Shown: positions 37,446-47,180, numbered from the stretch's first letter. The stretch: DNA of 64,000 bases from Parcubacteria group bacterium Gr01-1014_31 (GCA_007376135.1 VMFR01000001.1:270554-334553); one strand, 5' to 3'. Notes: generated by a model not told the origin, from the letters alone. A program made the numbers and translations.

Positions 37446-37689
37446 TCCACGCCCCCGCAGCAAGGGAGCATGCGACCGACGGCGAGGAGGGCGCGGGAAT
37501 AACCCCGCCAAAATCTTGCCGTTTTCAGCCGTTTGGCCGCTGATCTAGGGGGGCGGCAGAGAACCCAAGCGGAGCGCGCGGCCGAATAGGCCTCCCCGCT
37601 GTGGGCGCAGCGCTCCGCCGTTGAACAACCCCGCAAGATTGGGCGGGATTTTCAAGCTCGTACAAATTTTCCCCATGCGTAAGGTGAGA

Positions 37690-39201
37690 CTAAAAACTAC
37701 TCAAGCCCGTGAACTCCATCACGCGATACCGCAGCATCTGCCACACCGAATCCTGGCGGTACGTCGCGTACCCCGTGCTGAAACGGTCCTGTCGGGCGTT
37801 CCCCCACACCAGATCAAAAAGATCTTGGGCTTGCCGCAGCGGCTGCGCGTCCTGGCTGCCGCCGACCACGACGCTGGTTTCCAGATTCAGGTCGCGCAGG
37901 TTCCGTTTGGTCCAGTTGGCTGAGCCGACCACCATGCTGGCCGAGCCGTCGGTTTTTCTGATGAGTAGCAGCTTGTCGTGCGCCTGCTCCCCGTGAGTGT
38001 CATACCACTGCACGAACAACCGCGCCGTACTGTGCAGCATCAGCTCCGACGCCACCGGTCGGTTGGGAATGCCGTTCTTGATGCGACCAAAGGCGTCCTT
38101 GTTGGGGTCGAGCAGCAGCCGCACGATGGCGCCGCGCTTGGACGCGGCCACCAGCGCCTTGATGATCGAACGGTCGGAAAAATAGAAAATGAACGCATCC
38201 ACCTGGTCGCCGGGACCGGCGGTGCCCAGCTGCCGCTCCAGAGCGTCGGCGATCTTTCCCTCGGTCACGACCTGCAGGCTGACCATGGAACTGGTCGCCG
38301 CCGTTGCCTGCCCGTCGGCTAAGCTGGCCTGCGCGAGTCCGGCGACGTCCACGCCGAACGGGGTGCCGGAAAACCTCCCAACGGCCGCCTCGCTGGCCAA
38401 AAGCTCCTTCCAGGGCCCGCCGGTGAATTGCAGCGCGATGTTGCTGTGGCCGGAGCTGGCCGAATGCGGATTCCATGAGGTTACCAGCGACACTGCGTCG
38501 CTGCCGCGGTCGGCAATGAGCACCTTGCGGTGATTGGCTTTGAAATTCAGCATCGCGAGCCACGCGCGCAGGTTGACTTTGCCCCCGCGGTCGAAGGGAT
38601 TGGGCAGCCACGACCACCCCGGCTGGTTGCCCAGGAATCGGACGCTTGGCCGCCAAAACCCGGCGTACAGCGGATTGGGGTCGCGCAGCTTATTCAGGTC
38701 GGTGGTCACGACCGTGACCCCGGCTTGCTGCAGCCGGGCAAGCTCGGGCGAGACTGTGCCGCCATAGACCGTGTTGATAGGGTCGGTGAGAAACACCAGC
38801 AGCACGCCGGGGTCGGCGCGGCGCTTCTCCAGCAGCGCGGCGGTCAACTCGGCCGTCAGGTCGCGGTGGATTTCCCCTCCCGTGCCCCGGAATTGGTTGA
38901 ACAGGAAAAAATCCATCACCACGAAACGCTTGGCTTCGCGGATCGCGGCAAGCACCTGGTCAAATATCTCCTGGCGCGAGAAGCGCTGCCCGCCGGCATC
39001 AACGCCGGTCACATCGGCGAGCAGGGACACATTGCGGGCCGGCACCTGGTAGGCGCGACTTTCCATGCTGACGCCCGACGGCAACGGCTTGTAGCGGGCG
39101 TACACGGCACTTCCAGCCCAAATGGCAAGCAAGAGCAAGAGTATGCGCCGGCGGCGCTGGCGGTTTGTCCCCTCGTCAAACCAACTCATAGTACTGCTCA
39201 T
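37690..39201 (-). CDS. phospholipase D-family protein (cardiolipin synthase-like, two HKD motifs) with N-terminal TM
   Basis: HKD motifs NHRKVLIADRG and HDKLLLIRKTDGSASMVVGSANWTKRN; start uncertain (ATG 39201 or 39189). Confidence 0.7.
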   Translation of the reverse strand: MSSTMSWFDEGTNRQRRRRILLLLLAIWAGSAVYARYKPLPSGVSMESRAYQVPARNVSLLADVTGVDAGGQRFSRQEIFDQVLAAIREAKRFVVMDFFLFNQFRGTGGEIHRDLTAELTAALLEKRRADPGVLLVFLTDPINTVYGGTVSPELARLQQAGVTVVTTDLNKLRDPNPLYAGFWRPSVRFLGNQPGWSWLPNPFDRGGKVNLRAWLAMLNFKANHRKVLIADRGSDAVSLVTSWNPHSASSGHSNIALQFTGGPWKELLASEAAVGRFSGTPFGVDVAGLAQASLADGQATAATSSMVSLQVVTEGKIADALERQLGTAGPGDQVDAFIFYFSDRSIIKALVAASKRGAIVRLLLDPNKDAFGRIKNGIPNRPVASELMLHSTARLFVQWYDTHGEQAHDKLLLIRKTDGSASMVVGSANWTKRNLRDLNLETSVVVGGSQDAQPLRQAQDLFDLVWGNARQDRFSTGYATYRQDSVWQMLRYRVMEFTGLSSF

Positions 39202-39339
39202 TGTAGCAGGCATCTGCGACGGCGCGAACTGTTCTGAATATTGGCTCAATATATTGACAAATGAACAATAATATGTTATTATTAATAATTGGCTGTTTTT
39301 TCCGAAATCGAACCTTTCCAACCTCTCGGAGGAAAAACC

Positions 39340-39957
39340 GTGAACTGGACCGCCTGTTTCCTGACGGCAGTGTTTGGCGCCTACCTGCCGATGCTCATTT
39401 CCTGGCGCGAAAATACGCTCCTGAAAAGGAGCGACCTACCCGAGCTGCGGCTCACCTTCTTCCACCACTGGGGTGTGTGTGTTGCCGATGCGCTGCTCTT
39501 GCCGCTCATCAACGGCGTCATCTGGGACCATCTGCAGTGGCTTGCGTGGCCAACGCTTCCAGTCGCCATCGCGCTCGCCGCCACCCTGACGTGGCTGTGC
39601 CACCGGAGCTGGTGGCCTAACCCGCACGCCCCGGTCTACGGCCTGCATTTTCCCGGCCACCACGGCTCGGGGGGAAACCAGCACCGCTGGTGGCGCGATC
39701 TGAGCATCGCGGGATGGCTCCATATCTTCTTTATGGGCGCCCAGCTGCTGCTGTTCGGGATCTACGTCCGCTCCGCGGTCCCCGCCTACGCGGTCTGGAC
39801 AACGGCAGCGCTGATGGCCGTGTTCCCGTTCGCGGCGGTATTCCAGCCCAGCTGGGCCGTGCATCGCCGCATCGACGGCGGCGCGTGGCTCGCAGCCTAC
39901 GGGATATGGGGCTTCACCGCCCTGGTCACCGCGGACAAACTCGGGTTCCTCTCCTAG
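39340..39957 (+). CDS. hypothetical integral membrane protein (Trp/His-rich, ~6 TM)
   Basis: GTG start after GGAGG; hydrophobic helices. Confidence 0.45.
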   Translation: MNWTACFLTAVFGAYLPMLISWRENTLLKRSDLPELRLTFFHHWGVCVADALLLPLINGVIWDHLQWLAWPTLPVAIALAATLTWLCHRSWWPNPHAPVYGLHFPGHHGSGGNQHRWWRDLSIAGWLHIFFMGAQLLLFGIYVRSAVPAYAVWTTAALMAVFPFAAVFQPSWAVHRRIDGGAWLAAYGIWGFTALVTADKLGFLS

Positions 39958-40020
39958 CACCTTGCGCAACGCCCTCGGCATCTCTGCTGAGGGCGTCTCT
40001 TTTTGCCTCGGGGGACCGGC

Positions 40021-40701
40021 TCAGGAAACAAGGGTGCCGCTGAATTTTTTTCCCGCCAAGAATGATCGCAAATTTGCCAAGTTGCTACCCCGCATGATGA
40101 CCAAACGGATGCCGCGCGACCTAGCCAGCTTGGACGCGACCGGGTCGAACGGCACGTGCGCACCCGGCTTCCAGACACCGCCGACAATGCGCTTGAACGC
40201 AGGCCAGGAGAGCGACGGCAAGGGTTTCGCGCCCTTGAACCGCTTGGGGTCGCGGTCGTAGACGTAGTCGATATTCGAAAGATTCACCACCGTGTCCACA
40301 CTGAACGTCATTGCCGCCAGGACCGCATCTTTGTCGGAACTGCAGCCGGGTTTCCAGCCTGAGCCGATGATGATCTTCTTGCCCGTGCGGATCTTTTTCG
40401 TGGGATTGTAGAGCAGCTGGTGCTCGGCGTCCTTGCCGAACACGTCGCGCACCAGCCACGCGTTGAGTTTGGTCGCCTCAATGCCCAGCCAGTCCAGCTC
40501 GGTGGAGGTCACTTTCGGATTGAGCCGACGCACGGCATTGACGTACTCGCGCGCGGTGTTGCCCCCGCCGCAGACGATGATGGCGCGGTTCCCGCCCCGC
40601 ACATAGCGCAACACGACCCGCCGGAACCCCGCGAGGAACTTCGCATCAACGCCGTCAGGGGTGATGAGCGACCCGCCCAGGGAAAAGACGATGGTCTTCA
40701 T
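40021..40701 (-). CDS. pyrH: uridylate (UMP) kinase, archaeal-type
   Basis: IVFSLGGSLI, IIVCGGGNTAR amino-acid-kinase fold motifs; 226 aa. Confidence 0.8.
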   Translation of the reverse strand: MKTIVFSLGGSLITPDGVDAKFLAGFRRVVLRYVRGGNRAIIVCGGGNTAREYVNAVRRLNPKVTSTELDWLGIEATKLNAWLVRDVFGKDAEHQLLYNPTKKIRTGKKIIIGSGWKPGCSSDKDAVLAAMTFSVDTVVNLSNIDYVYDRDPKRFKGAKPLPSLSWPAFKRIVGGVWKPGAHVPFDPVASKLARSRGIRLVIMRGSNLANLRSFLAGKKFSGTLVS

Positions 40702-40784
40702 GGAACTTGGAACATGAAACTTGGAACAAGCGGAACAACTAAAATTGTTCCCTGTTCCATGCTATGGGTTTCAAGATATCACCA

Positions 40785-40860
40785 GCCAAACAGTTTCCCC
40801 ACCTCCTCGGCCGTTTCGCGCTTGCGCGCGACGATGAAACGGTAATTCCACTTTTCGGGC
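40785..40860 (-). pseudogene. relic copy of the 3' end of the arginine-decarboxylase-like gene (last ~24 codons)
   Basis: ~88% nt identity to 41958-42035. Confidence 0.45.
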
Positions 40861-40861
40861 G

Positions 40862-41263
40862 TTATGGAGTTGCACAACCATAACCTAATACCCCTCCACC
40901 ACCTACCACAGCTACTCCGTAGCTCTCGTTACCCATTGGATAGTTCGTAAATGGTTCATAACTACTGCAAACACCACGCAGCTTACCTAGACCGGTTTCT
41001 AACTGATTTGCTTTAAGCAACTCTAGCTGATCAGCCGATAACGTACACGTCCCTTGACACTCAGAGCTTGAACCACATGCCTTACCACCATCGGTTGTTG
41101 GCATACCACAAAATCCACTGCTATTCACTAAACACCAAGACCAGCGCCCTCCACGCAGCTGGCATGATATCTCTGGGGTTCTTTCGGGTAAAACCGCTGC
41201 TACGATGCCGAGCGAAACTATGACTACGCCAATGATCCCGAAAATTATGATAAATCGTTTCAT
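40862..41263 (-). CDS. Cys-rich small secreted/membrane-anchored protein, paralog 1
   Basis: N-terminal TM anchor, 8 Cys; shares CxxxGGRW, CxxxxECxxxC, GxCSxYxP motifs with 41483..41896; AT-rich promoter with cattttg repeats. Confidence 0.5.
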   Translation of the reverse strand: MKRFIIIFGIIGVVIVSLGIVAAVLPERTPEISCQLRGGRWSWCLVNSSGFCGMPTTDGGKACGSSSECQGTCTLSADQLELLKANQLETGLGKLRGVCSSYEPFTNYPMGNESYGVAVVGGGGVLGYGCATP

Positions 41264-41335
41264 AAAGCGACAGCTTGATAAATCATTTTGAATTTTGCCC
41301 TGTCATTTTGCACTTTGACTTTTGCATTATGATTT

Positions 41336-41384
41336 TCCAATCCCCCTCACCCCAACCCTCTCCCGCAAGGGGAGAGGGAAAATA
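41336..41384. repeat. 45-bp hairpin repeat (copy B)
   Basis: aatccccctcaccccaaccctctcccgcaaggggagaggg; reverse complement ~93% identical to 29279-29325. Confidence 0.55.
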
Positions 41385-41394
41385 TTTTTAAAGC

Positions 41395-41483
41395 CGGAAC
41401 CCGGCAAGGAAAGCTCGGTCGATGCCGTCAGGGGCAATCAGCGACCCGCCGAGGGAAAAGATGATGGTACTATGGTTCATTAT
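41395..41483 (-). pseudogene. relic 5' fragment of pyrH (first ~29 codons, MNHSTIIFSLGGSLIAPDGID...)
   Basis: ~80% nt identity to pyrH 5' end 40615-40701; no downstream continuation. Confidence 0.5.
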
Positions 41484-41896
41484 TATGGAATCTGACAGCT
41501 ATATCTTAATGGCTGATCTCGTGTCGAAATAATTCTACAAAAAATTCTTTCGGGCTCAATATAATTATACTTACTGCAAAGACCATGAATATTTTCACTT
41601 TGTTGCGGGGTCACCTTACTACCGTCATTGTATAAATCGATCTGATCTGGTGAAAGTATACAGAAAGCTTCGCATTCATCTTCCCCACGACATATCTTTC
41701 CCGCATCAAAAGTTGGGAAAATGCACCGTTTTTCACCGTCGCTTGTGTATGTGACCCACCTCCCGCCTAGCCAAAAACATTGCCGCCCTTCCCGACCTAA
41801 GGATATCGCCAGCAGAAGCGAAAAAACTGCTACCAATAAAACCGTAGTGGTGATAAAAGCAACGACTACAATCAAAATAAACTTTCGTCGTTTCAT
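41483..41896 (-). CDS. Cys-rich small secreted/membrane-anchored protein, paralog 2
   Basis: N-terminal TM anchor, 8 Cys, same motif skeleton and same cattttg-repeat promoter as paralog 1. Confidence 0.5.
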   Translation of the reverse strand: MKRRKFILIVVVAFITTTVLLVAVFSLLLAISLGREGRQCFWLGGRWVTYTSDGEKRCIFPTFDAGKICRGEDECEAFCILSPDQIDLYNDGSKVTPQQSENIHGLCSKYNYIEPERIFCRIISTRDQPLRYSCQIP

Positions 41897-41966
41897 AGAG
41901 CTTTGTACAAAATCATCATTTTCTCATTTTGTCTGTCATTTTGCATTTTGACTTTTGCATTTTCAT

Positions 41967-43334
41967 TCACCAGCCAAACAACTTCCCGACCTCCTCGGCC
42001 GTTTCGCGCTTGCGGGCGACGATAATGTGGCCGTTCTCGGCGATGATCTTGGCCGGCGACGACAGCAGGCAGTGGTGGGACGCTAGCGGGTCCTGGTAGG
42101 CACCAGAGTCCAGGAAGGTGACATACAACGGCTCGGCCGTGCTGGATGGATCAAAATCCGGCAGCAGCACGTAGCTGTTCTGGCCGGTGTACTTGTCGTC
42201 GGAATCGCAGGAGCTGCCCGCCAGCCACGTTTTGACCAATTTCTTGGATTCCAGGTGCGCGGTCGGCAGCACGTGCCACTTCTGGTGGATGGCCCAGGTG
42301 TCCAGCAGGTCGTTCATGAAACTGCCATCGATGACGTACCACTTCTTGGCCGTACCCTTGGCGATGGCCTTGGAATCAATAACCTTGTAGATGGTGACTT
42401 GTGCCGGCGCCACAATGTAGCGCCCCCACTCCACCGTCAGGTTGGGGTGCGGGATGCCGTTGCGGTCGGCGAATTTCTTCATCATCCGCAACATCTGGCC
42501 GGCGAGGTTGGCGACCGAATAGCCGACCTTGCGGTCGTACGGGATGGGCATGCCGCCGCCGATATCGATGGTATCCAGGGTCGGGTTGATCTTCTTGAGT
42601 TTGGTGAACACCTTGAGCGCGTAGCGCAACGGCTGCAGGATGTCGGCCTGCTTTTCGATCTGCGAGCCGACGTGGTAGTGCAGGATCTTCAGATTGCGCA
42701 TGCGGCCCAGGTGCAGCAGCTCCGATTCCGAGAAACCGAAGCGGTCCACCTGCTTGTCCCACCGCGAGTCCACCGTTACCTGCGGCGGAATGTCCAGGCG
42801 TACGCCGATGTCGTACCGGCTCTGCCCGAACACGCCCACTTCGTTCGGACCCTCGATGATCGGCATGACGGACAGGCCGCGATGCTGCAGCTCGTCGATG
42901 AGCCGGATGTACTTGTCCGTCTTTGGTCCGTTGCACAGGATCTTGATCTTGGGGTTGAACGTTGCCTGCTCCCACAACCGCTTGACCAGCCAGAGCTCAT
43001 TGGCCGACCCCGTTTCCAAATTGGCGCCCTCCGACACCAGCGGCATAACCACTTCCTTGTTCTGGTTGACCTTCATCGGGTAGTGGTAGGAAAACCGCCC
43101 GCGGTACTTGAGCGCCTTGATCTGGGCATTGAACAGGTCCAGCAGGTCCTCCAGCCGTTCTTCCAGGATGAAAGGAAAAACAACCTCCAGCGGCGTGCCG
43201 AATTTCTCGGCCAGGTAGCGGAGATTGTACTGGTTGTTGCCCTCGCGCACCAGCAGGTCACCCTTCTTGTCTACGTCGAAGTACTGGGTGTTGAACTCCC
43301 GCATGCCCAGTTTCCAAAAACGTTTTCTGTTCAT
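41967..43334 (-). CDS. PLP-dependent decarboxylase, fold III (arginine/ornithine/diaminopimelate decarboxylase family; SpeA-like)
   Basis: HYPMKVN PLP-lysine motif, DIGGGMPIPY, SSCDSDDKY substrate-loop motif. Confidence 0.7.
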   Translation of the reverse strand: MNRKRFWKLGMREFNTQYFDVDKKGDLLVREGNNQYNLRYLAEKFGTPLEVVFPFILEERLEDLLDLFNAQIKALKYRGRFSYHYPMKVNQNKEVVMPLVSEGANLETGSANELWLVKRLWEQATFNPKIKILCNGPKTDKYIRLIDELQHRGLSVMPIIEGPNEVGVFGQSRYDIGVRLDIPPQVTVDSRWDKQVDRFGFSESELLHLGRMRNLKILHYHVGSQIEKQADILQPLRYALKVFTKLKKINPTLDTIDIGGGMPIPYDRKVGYSVANLAGQMLRMMKKFADRNGIPHPNLTVEWGRYIVAPAQVTIYKVIDSKAIAKGTAKKWYVIDGSFMNDLLDTWAIHQKWHVLPTAHLESKKLVKTWLAGSSCDSDDKYTGQNSYVLLPDFDPSSTAEPLYVTFLDSGAYQDPLASHHCLLSSPAKIIAENGHIIVARKRETAEEVGKLFGW

Positions 43335-43338
43335 ACCG

Positions 43339-44376
43339 TCAGCGCAGGTATTTCGCCTTGGCGGCGACGTGCTCGTCGTGCGTGCGCGAGTAAATCACGG
43401 TGCCGTCGGGCGTGGTTAAATAATAGAGGTAAGGGGATGGCTCGGGATCGAGCGCGGCGCGGATGGCCGAAAGCCCCGGGTTGTTGATCGGCCCGGGCGG
43501 CAGTCCGCGATGAATGTAGGTATTGTACAAGCTTTCGGTGCGCACGTCATCCAGGGTCGGGCTGGCGCGCTTCTTGCCAGTGACGTAGTTGACGGTGGCG
43601 TCGGACTGCAGCGCCATGCCGATCTGGAGCCGTCGCGCGAAGATGCCGGCCACCTTGCGGCGGTCGGGGCCATCGGGCACTTCGCGCTCGATGATGCTGG
43701 CAAACGTCAGCACCTCATGCAGCGTTTTACCCCGGCGGGAAATTTCCGCCCGCAGGTCGGGGGTCAGCTTGCGGCCGAAATTGTCCAGCATCTTGCGGAC
43801 GATGTCCTCGGGGGTCGCATCGGCGTAGACCCGGTAGGTATCCGGGAACAAATAGCCCTCCAGGTCGCGGTCGGACGGCCGGCTGGAAAGGAAATCATAC
43901 TCGCCCCACCAAACGGCCTTGCGGGAAACGACGGCAGAAAACTCCTCAGGGACCGCGGCGCGCTGGGTCTCCAGGTATTCGCCAAGCTCCTGATTGCTCC
44001 AGCCCTCCACGATGGTCAGGGTGCGCTCCTCGCGCGAAACCCGCGCGGTTAACCGGGACAGCACTTGTCGCAGGGTCAAATTCCTGGGCAGCCGGTACTC
44101 CCCCGCCTGCAGCCGGTCATCCTGGCCGGTAAGGTAGGCGTAGGCTTCGAACATCCAGCGGTCGCGGATGAGCCCGGCCTGTTGCAGCTGGGCGGCGATA
44201 GCCGAGGAGCTTTGCCCGGATTCGATCGTAACGCCGGCCAGCGTTGCATCGCGGGATGCCGCCTGGTTGAAACGCAGCCACACAAAGCCCGCGCTTCCCG
44301 CCACTAGCAGAAGGACCGCCAGGAGGACAAATCGCAACCAGGGCCGGCGTCGGGGCACAGCGAAGGGATCAGTCAT
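43339..44376 (-). CDS. mltG: endolytic murein transglycosylase MltG (YceG-like)
   Basis: N-terminal TM, LysM-like segment, conserved EGYLFPDTY and TFASIIEREV motifs; ATG overlaps upstream stop (ATGA). Confidence 0.85.
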   Translation of the reverse strand: MTDPFAVPRRRPWLRFVLLAVLLLVAGSAGFVWLRFNQAASRDATLAGVTIESGQSSSAIAAQLQQAGLIRDRWMFEAYAYLTGQDDRLQAGEYRLPRNLTLRQVLSRLTARVSREERTLTIVEGWSNQELGEYLETQRAAVPEEFSAVVSRKAVWWGEYDFLSSRPSDRDLEGYLFPDTYRVYADATPEDIVRKMLDNFGRKLTPDLRAEISRRGKTLHEVLTFASIIEREVPDGPDRRKVAGIFARRLQIGMALQSDATVNYVTGKKRASPTLDDVRTESLYNTYIHRGLPPGPINNPGLSAIRAALDPEPSPYLYYLTTPDGTVIYSRTHDEHVAAKAKYLR

Positions 44377-45086
44377 TGCTTGCGGGGTTTGCGCCACTCG
44401 CGCTGCACCTGCAGGTAGCGTTCCGCCGTGCCGGTATCGAACCACTGGCCCTCCCCGCGATGACCATAGAGCAGCCCCGCCTTCGCCAAGGCCGGGTACA
44501 CGTCATACTCGTTCATCACCACCGACTTGGAGGGAACGTACGCGAACGCGGCCGGGCTGAGGATGGCGTAGCCGGAGTTGATCAATGTGCTGGGGGCCTG
44601 CCCGCGCGCCGGTTTCTCGACGAATTCAACGATCCGATCGCCCTCGAGCCGCACCACACCGTACGCGGACGGATCATCAACCTGGTGTAACCCGATCGTC
44701 GCGGCTCCGCCATGTGCGCGGTGGCACGCCATCATCGCCCGCAGGTCAGTGGAAAAAAGATTGTCGCCGTTGATAAGGTAAAAGTCATCGGCGGGGATGC
44801 GGCCGGCTTCGCGGAGCATCAACAGCGGCCCGGCCGTCCCGCGGGGCGTCGTTTCGTGCAAAAAACTCAGCTTGACGCCCACGTCGCGGTTGGCAAAATG
44901 TTCGCGCACTTTGTCGCCCATATGGCCGGTGGAAAGCACGACCTCATCCACGCCAGCCGCTTTCAGGAGCTCAATGACGTGTTCCAGCAGCGCCTTACCC
45001 TGGACGGGGATGAGCACTTTGGGCATGTGGTCGGTCAGCGGTCGCAGGCGCTCGCCTTTGCCGCCAGCCAAAATGATCCCGAGCAT
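44373..45086 (-). CDS. sugar-phosphate nucleotidyltransferase (glucose-1-P thymidylyl/mannose-1-P guanylyl-transferase family)
   Basis: LGIILAGGKGERLRPLTDHMPKVLIPV N-terminal NTP-transferase signature. Confidence 0.8.
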   Translation of the reverse strand: MLGIILAGGKGERLRPLTDHMPKVLIPVQGKALLEHVIELLKAAGVDEVVLSTGHMGDKVREHFANRDVGVKLSFLHETTPRGTAGPLLMLREAGRIPADDFYLINGDNLFSTDLRAMMACHRAHGGAATIGLHQVDDPSAYGVVRLEGDRIVEFVEKPARGQAPSTLINSGYAILSPAAFAYVPSKSVVMNEYDVYPALAKAGLLYGHRGEGQWFDTGTAERYLQVQREWRKPRKQ

Positions 45087-45180
45087 ATACGGAGTATTGA
45101 GTATTCAGTATCTGGTATTAAGGCTACACCGACCGCAACCGAAACGCCGCTCAATATACTAGATACTCAATACTAAATAC

Positions 45181-45810
45181 TTACTTCCCCTCAATCAACG
45201 GCACAAACAGAAATCCAGGGTAAATCGTGGTGTTGTACTCATCCTTCGCTCTGCGCACGATGAGCCGCAGGTCCTCGTCCTGCGTCGGGATGACCATGCG
45301 GCCGCCAACCTTGAGCTGGGAACGCAGCGCCGACGGGACCTCGGCGGCAGCGGCGGCAACCTGAATTCTATCAAACGGAGCGTGCTCGGCAAGCCCCAGC
45401 GTCCCGTCGCCGCATACCATCGTCACGTTGGCATACCCGTACTTGGCGACGTTGCCCTGCCCGAACCGCTGCAGGTCCGGGATGCGCTCCACCGCGTACA
45501 CCTGCCCCGCCGGACCGACCAAGTGCGCTAGCAACGCCGTGGACCAGCCCGAGCCCGAACCGACATCCAGCACGCGGTCGCCCGACCGCACCGCCAGTAA
45601 TTGCAGCATGAACGCGACGGTCATCGGCTGCGAAATGGTCTGGCCGCCGCCGATGGGCAGCGGCGCGTTGACGGCCGACTCCATCTCCATGCCGGGAGGC
45701 AAAAAATCCTCCCGCCGAACGCGGCGGAAGGCCTGCTGCAGCGCCGGGTCGGAAAGGTACCCTTCGGCGACCAGCGCATCCACGAGACGGTCGTAGGCTG
45801 ATTTACCCAT
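45181..45810 (-). CDS. pcm: protein-L-isoaspartate O-methyltransferase
   Basis: GGGQTISQPMTVAFML and LDVGSGSGW SAM motifs; ATG at 45808-45810 lies inside the palindromic repeat. Confidence 0.85.
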   Translation of the reverse strand: MGKSAYDRLVDALVAEGYLSDPALQQAFRRVRREDFLPPGMEMESAVNAPLPIGGGQTISQPMTVAFMLQLLAVRSGDRVLDVGSGSGWSTALLAHLVGPAGQVYAVERIPDLQRFGQGNVAKYGYANVTMVCGDGTLGLAEHAPFDRIQVAAAAAEVPSALRSQLKVGGRMVIPTQDEDLRLIVRRAKDEYNTTIYPGFLFVPLIEGK

Positions 45811-45916
45811 ACCCCGTAGGACAACGGTCAAATACGTATCCTCGCGTAACCAACGATAATAGTTTTTTGTCCATGCTTCCGCCCTCCCTGGCAGTCCGTT
45901 GCACTACGGGGCATAC
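45808..45916. repeat. 109-bp palindromic MITE-like element (copy 1): 22-bp terminal inverted repeats CATACCCCGTAGGACAACGGTC flanking a ~65-bp core; proximal repeat supplies pcm start codon, distal repeat overlaps uppP stop
   Basis: terminal repeats 45808-45829 and 45892-45916; same architecture at 49287-49392. Confidence 0.65.
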
Positions 45917-46725
45917 GGAGCAAGCCAAGGCAGCAAGAGCAGCAGGACGCCCGCGACTGCCAAACGATAGTAGGCAAAAATATTGAGCGGCGCATGCTTC
46001 ACAAAGCGGAGCAGAAACCCTATCGCCCACCAGCCCGACACCAGAGCGACGACGAACCCTACCGCCAGCGGGAACAGCTCCTCCAGCGGCAGCGCCCCGG
46101 CAGTCGAAAGCTTCTTCACCCCAGCCCCAAGCACGACGGGCACCGACAGGAGGAAGGAGAATCGGGCCGCGGCCTCGCGCTGCAACCCCTGGCGCAACCC
46201 TGCTATAATAGTGATACCCGAACGGGAAACGCCGGGGATGAGGGCAAGCGCCTGGGCGCAACCGATGACAAGCGCGTCCTTCATCTTGACGGAATCCATC
46301 GTACGGGTGGGCCGTAGGTAGCGCTCGGCGGCGATCATCAGCAAAGCGACGACGGCCAGCGCGACGGCAACGCTCCCGACGCTGCGGAAGGTGGCGGCCA
46401 GCCAGTCCTCGGCCAAGGCGCCAACCAGCGCGGCGGGAACGGAGCCTGCAAGCAGCAGCCCGCCGAACCGCGCTTCGGGAGACCACGGACCGCGCCGCAG
46501 GACGGCGAGCGCCATCGCCCGAACAAGGGAAAGCAGCTCCTGCCGGAAGAAGCCGACGACCGCAATGGCCGTTGCCAAATGCAGGGCGACATCAAAGGTG
46601 ACGTCATCCTCCACGGAGAATTTGGTCAGCGCGTGCAGCACCACCAAGTGCCCGGAGCTGGAGACCGGCAGAAATTCGGTCAGCCCCTGTACCAGCCCGG
46701 CCAATGCGGCAATAAGAATATTCAT
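45904..46725 (-). CDS. uppP: undecaprenyl-diphosphate phosphatase
   Basis: GLTEFLPVSSSGHL and SRSGITI BacA/UppP motifs, 8 TM. Confidence 0.9.
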   Translation of the reverse strand: MNILIAALAGLVQGLTEFLPVSSSGHLVVLHALTKFSVEDDVTFDVALHLATAIAVVGFFRQELLSLVRAMALAVLRRGPWSPEARFGGLLLAGSVPAALVGALAEDWLAATFRSVGSVAVALAVVALLMIAAERYLRPTRTMDSVKMKDALVIGCAQALALIPGVSRSGITIIAGLRQGLQREAAARFSFLLSVPVVLGAGVKKLSTAGALPLEELFPLAVGFVVALVSGWWAIGFLLRFVKHAPLNIFAYYRLAVAGVLLLLLPWLAPYAP

Positions 46726-46745
46726 TCGCGTAGCGTAGCAACTCT

Positions 46746-47180
46746 ATGGGGTACACCCCGCTCATCATTCCGCTCGTCGTCGCGGTTTTGGCGCAGATCG
46801 TCAAACTTTCGGTGGACAAGATCAAGGGCAACTTGAACCTGAAAAATATCTGGCTGTCGTACGGCGGCATGCCCTCGGCGCATACGGCGTTCGCGGTATC
46901 GGCGGCAACGGTCGCCGGACTGTGGGAAGGCTGGGACTCACCGCTCTTTGCGGCTTGCGTCGTCTTCACGCTCATCATTATGCGCGACGCCGTCACCTTC
47001 CGCAACTACATGGGACAGCAGGGCCGCCTCTTCAACGCCTTGGTGGAAAAACTCCCGCCCGCGCAGCGTCCCGGGCTTCCCCGCTTCATGGAACGCGTCG
47101 GCCATACCGTCGGCGAAGTGGCGACCGGTGCGGCGTTCGGGGTCGCGCTGACGCTGCTACTGGACTGGCTCTGGCGCTGA
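46746..47180 (+). CDS. divergent PAP2-family membrane protein (DUF212)
   Basis: YGGMPSAHTA motif matching divergent PAP2 GGMPSSHSA. Confidence 0.65.
   Translation: MGYTPLIIPLVVAVLAQIVKLSVDKIKGNLNLKNIWLSYGGMPSAHTAFAVSAATVAGLWEGWDSPLFAACVVFTLIIMRDAVTFRNYMGQQGRLFNALVEKLPPAQRPGLPRFMERVGHTVGEVATGAAFGVALTLLLDWLWR

Noticed and set aside
37978-39237. Plus-strand ORFs inside the PLD gene region
   Set aside because: Antisense to the phospholipase-D family gene with two intact HKD motifs.
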